From: an uncultured Mycolicibacterium sp.
GTDB taxonomy: Bacteria; Actinomycetota; Actinomycetes; Mycobacteriales; Mycobacteriaceae
Direction: 5' to 3'
NCBI RefSeq assembly: GCF_937941905.1
Contig: NZ_CALDGS010000063.1
Coordinates: 6,268 to 70,267 of the forward strand
DNA length: 64,000 nucleotides
Shown: positions 63,053 to 64,000 of the stretch, piece by piece
Layout: each line of letters opens with the position of its first letter
Numbering within the stretch: position 1 is the first letter of the stretch
Notes under the pieces: generated by a model
Told to the model about the DNA's origin: nothing
The model's input: the letters and a program-made list of their open reading frames with translations, nothing else
Databases searched by the model: none
Position numbers and translations under genes: made by a program

Positions 63053-64000
<948 letters not shown>

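Overview
GC-rich actinobacterial chromosome segment (G+C not computed; by eye about 70 percent). It is colinear, in inverted orientation, with the Mycobacterium tuberculosis core region I recall as Rv2800 to Rv2703. Gene order: pptT-truB, mntR(sirR), ribF-rpsO-pnp-pepR, ald/aldR, dapB, thyA-dfrA, thyX-dapA-rnj, ftsK, pgsA-cinA-clgR-pspA, recA-recX, miaB, miaA-dapF-hflX, lexA/LysM-nrdR, PAC2, ideR, sigB and the 3' part of sigA. The accessory content looks like a fast-growing member of the Mycobacteriaceae rather than M. tuberculosis: a class A beta-lactamase beside ald, gluABCD beside recX, an intein-free recA, and no PE/PPE or hsd/vapBC blocks. I call 71 CDS that tile almost the whole window; the largest non-coding gaps are about 345, 285, 212 and 203 bp. 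I see no rRNA, tRNA, IS/transposase, prophage or CRISPR array. Many long ORFs in the six-frame track are antisense or out-of-frame artefacts of GC richness, and many true starts lie internal to the longest ORF; I trimmed these by homology, Shine-Dalgarno sequences and ATGA/GTGA coupling. Several regulatory signals can be read directly from the sequence. There are SOS boxes and RecA-NDp (PafBC-type) promoter motifs at recA and in the lexA/LysM divergent region. SigE/SigH-type promoters sit upstream of clgR and sigB, and 8-3-8 direct repeats resembling an MprA box sit upstream of sigB. AldR-type sites lie between ald and aldR, and there are several stem-loop terminators. I did not find convincing evidence for a new multi-gene system; this is mostly ordinary core genome. 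The best leads are modest. One is a BisC-like molybdoenzyme translationally coupled to an unrecognisable 174-aa protein, inside a variable hflX-lexA island that also holds a PE-PPE hydrolase with an odd tail. Others are an AlkZ/YcaQ-like gene fused into the thyA-dfrA operon and a block of conserved uncharacterised small genes between sigB and sigA. All locus-tag and consensus comparisons are from memory and need database confirmation.
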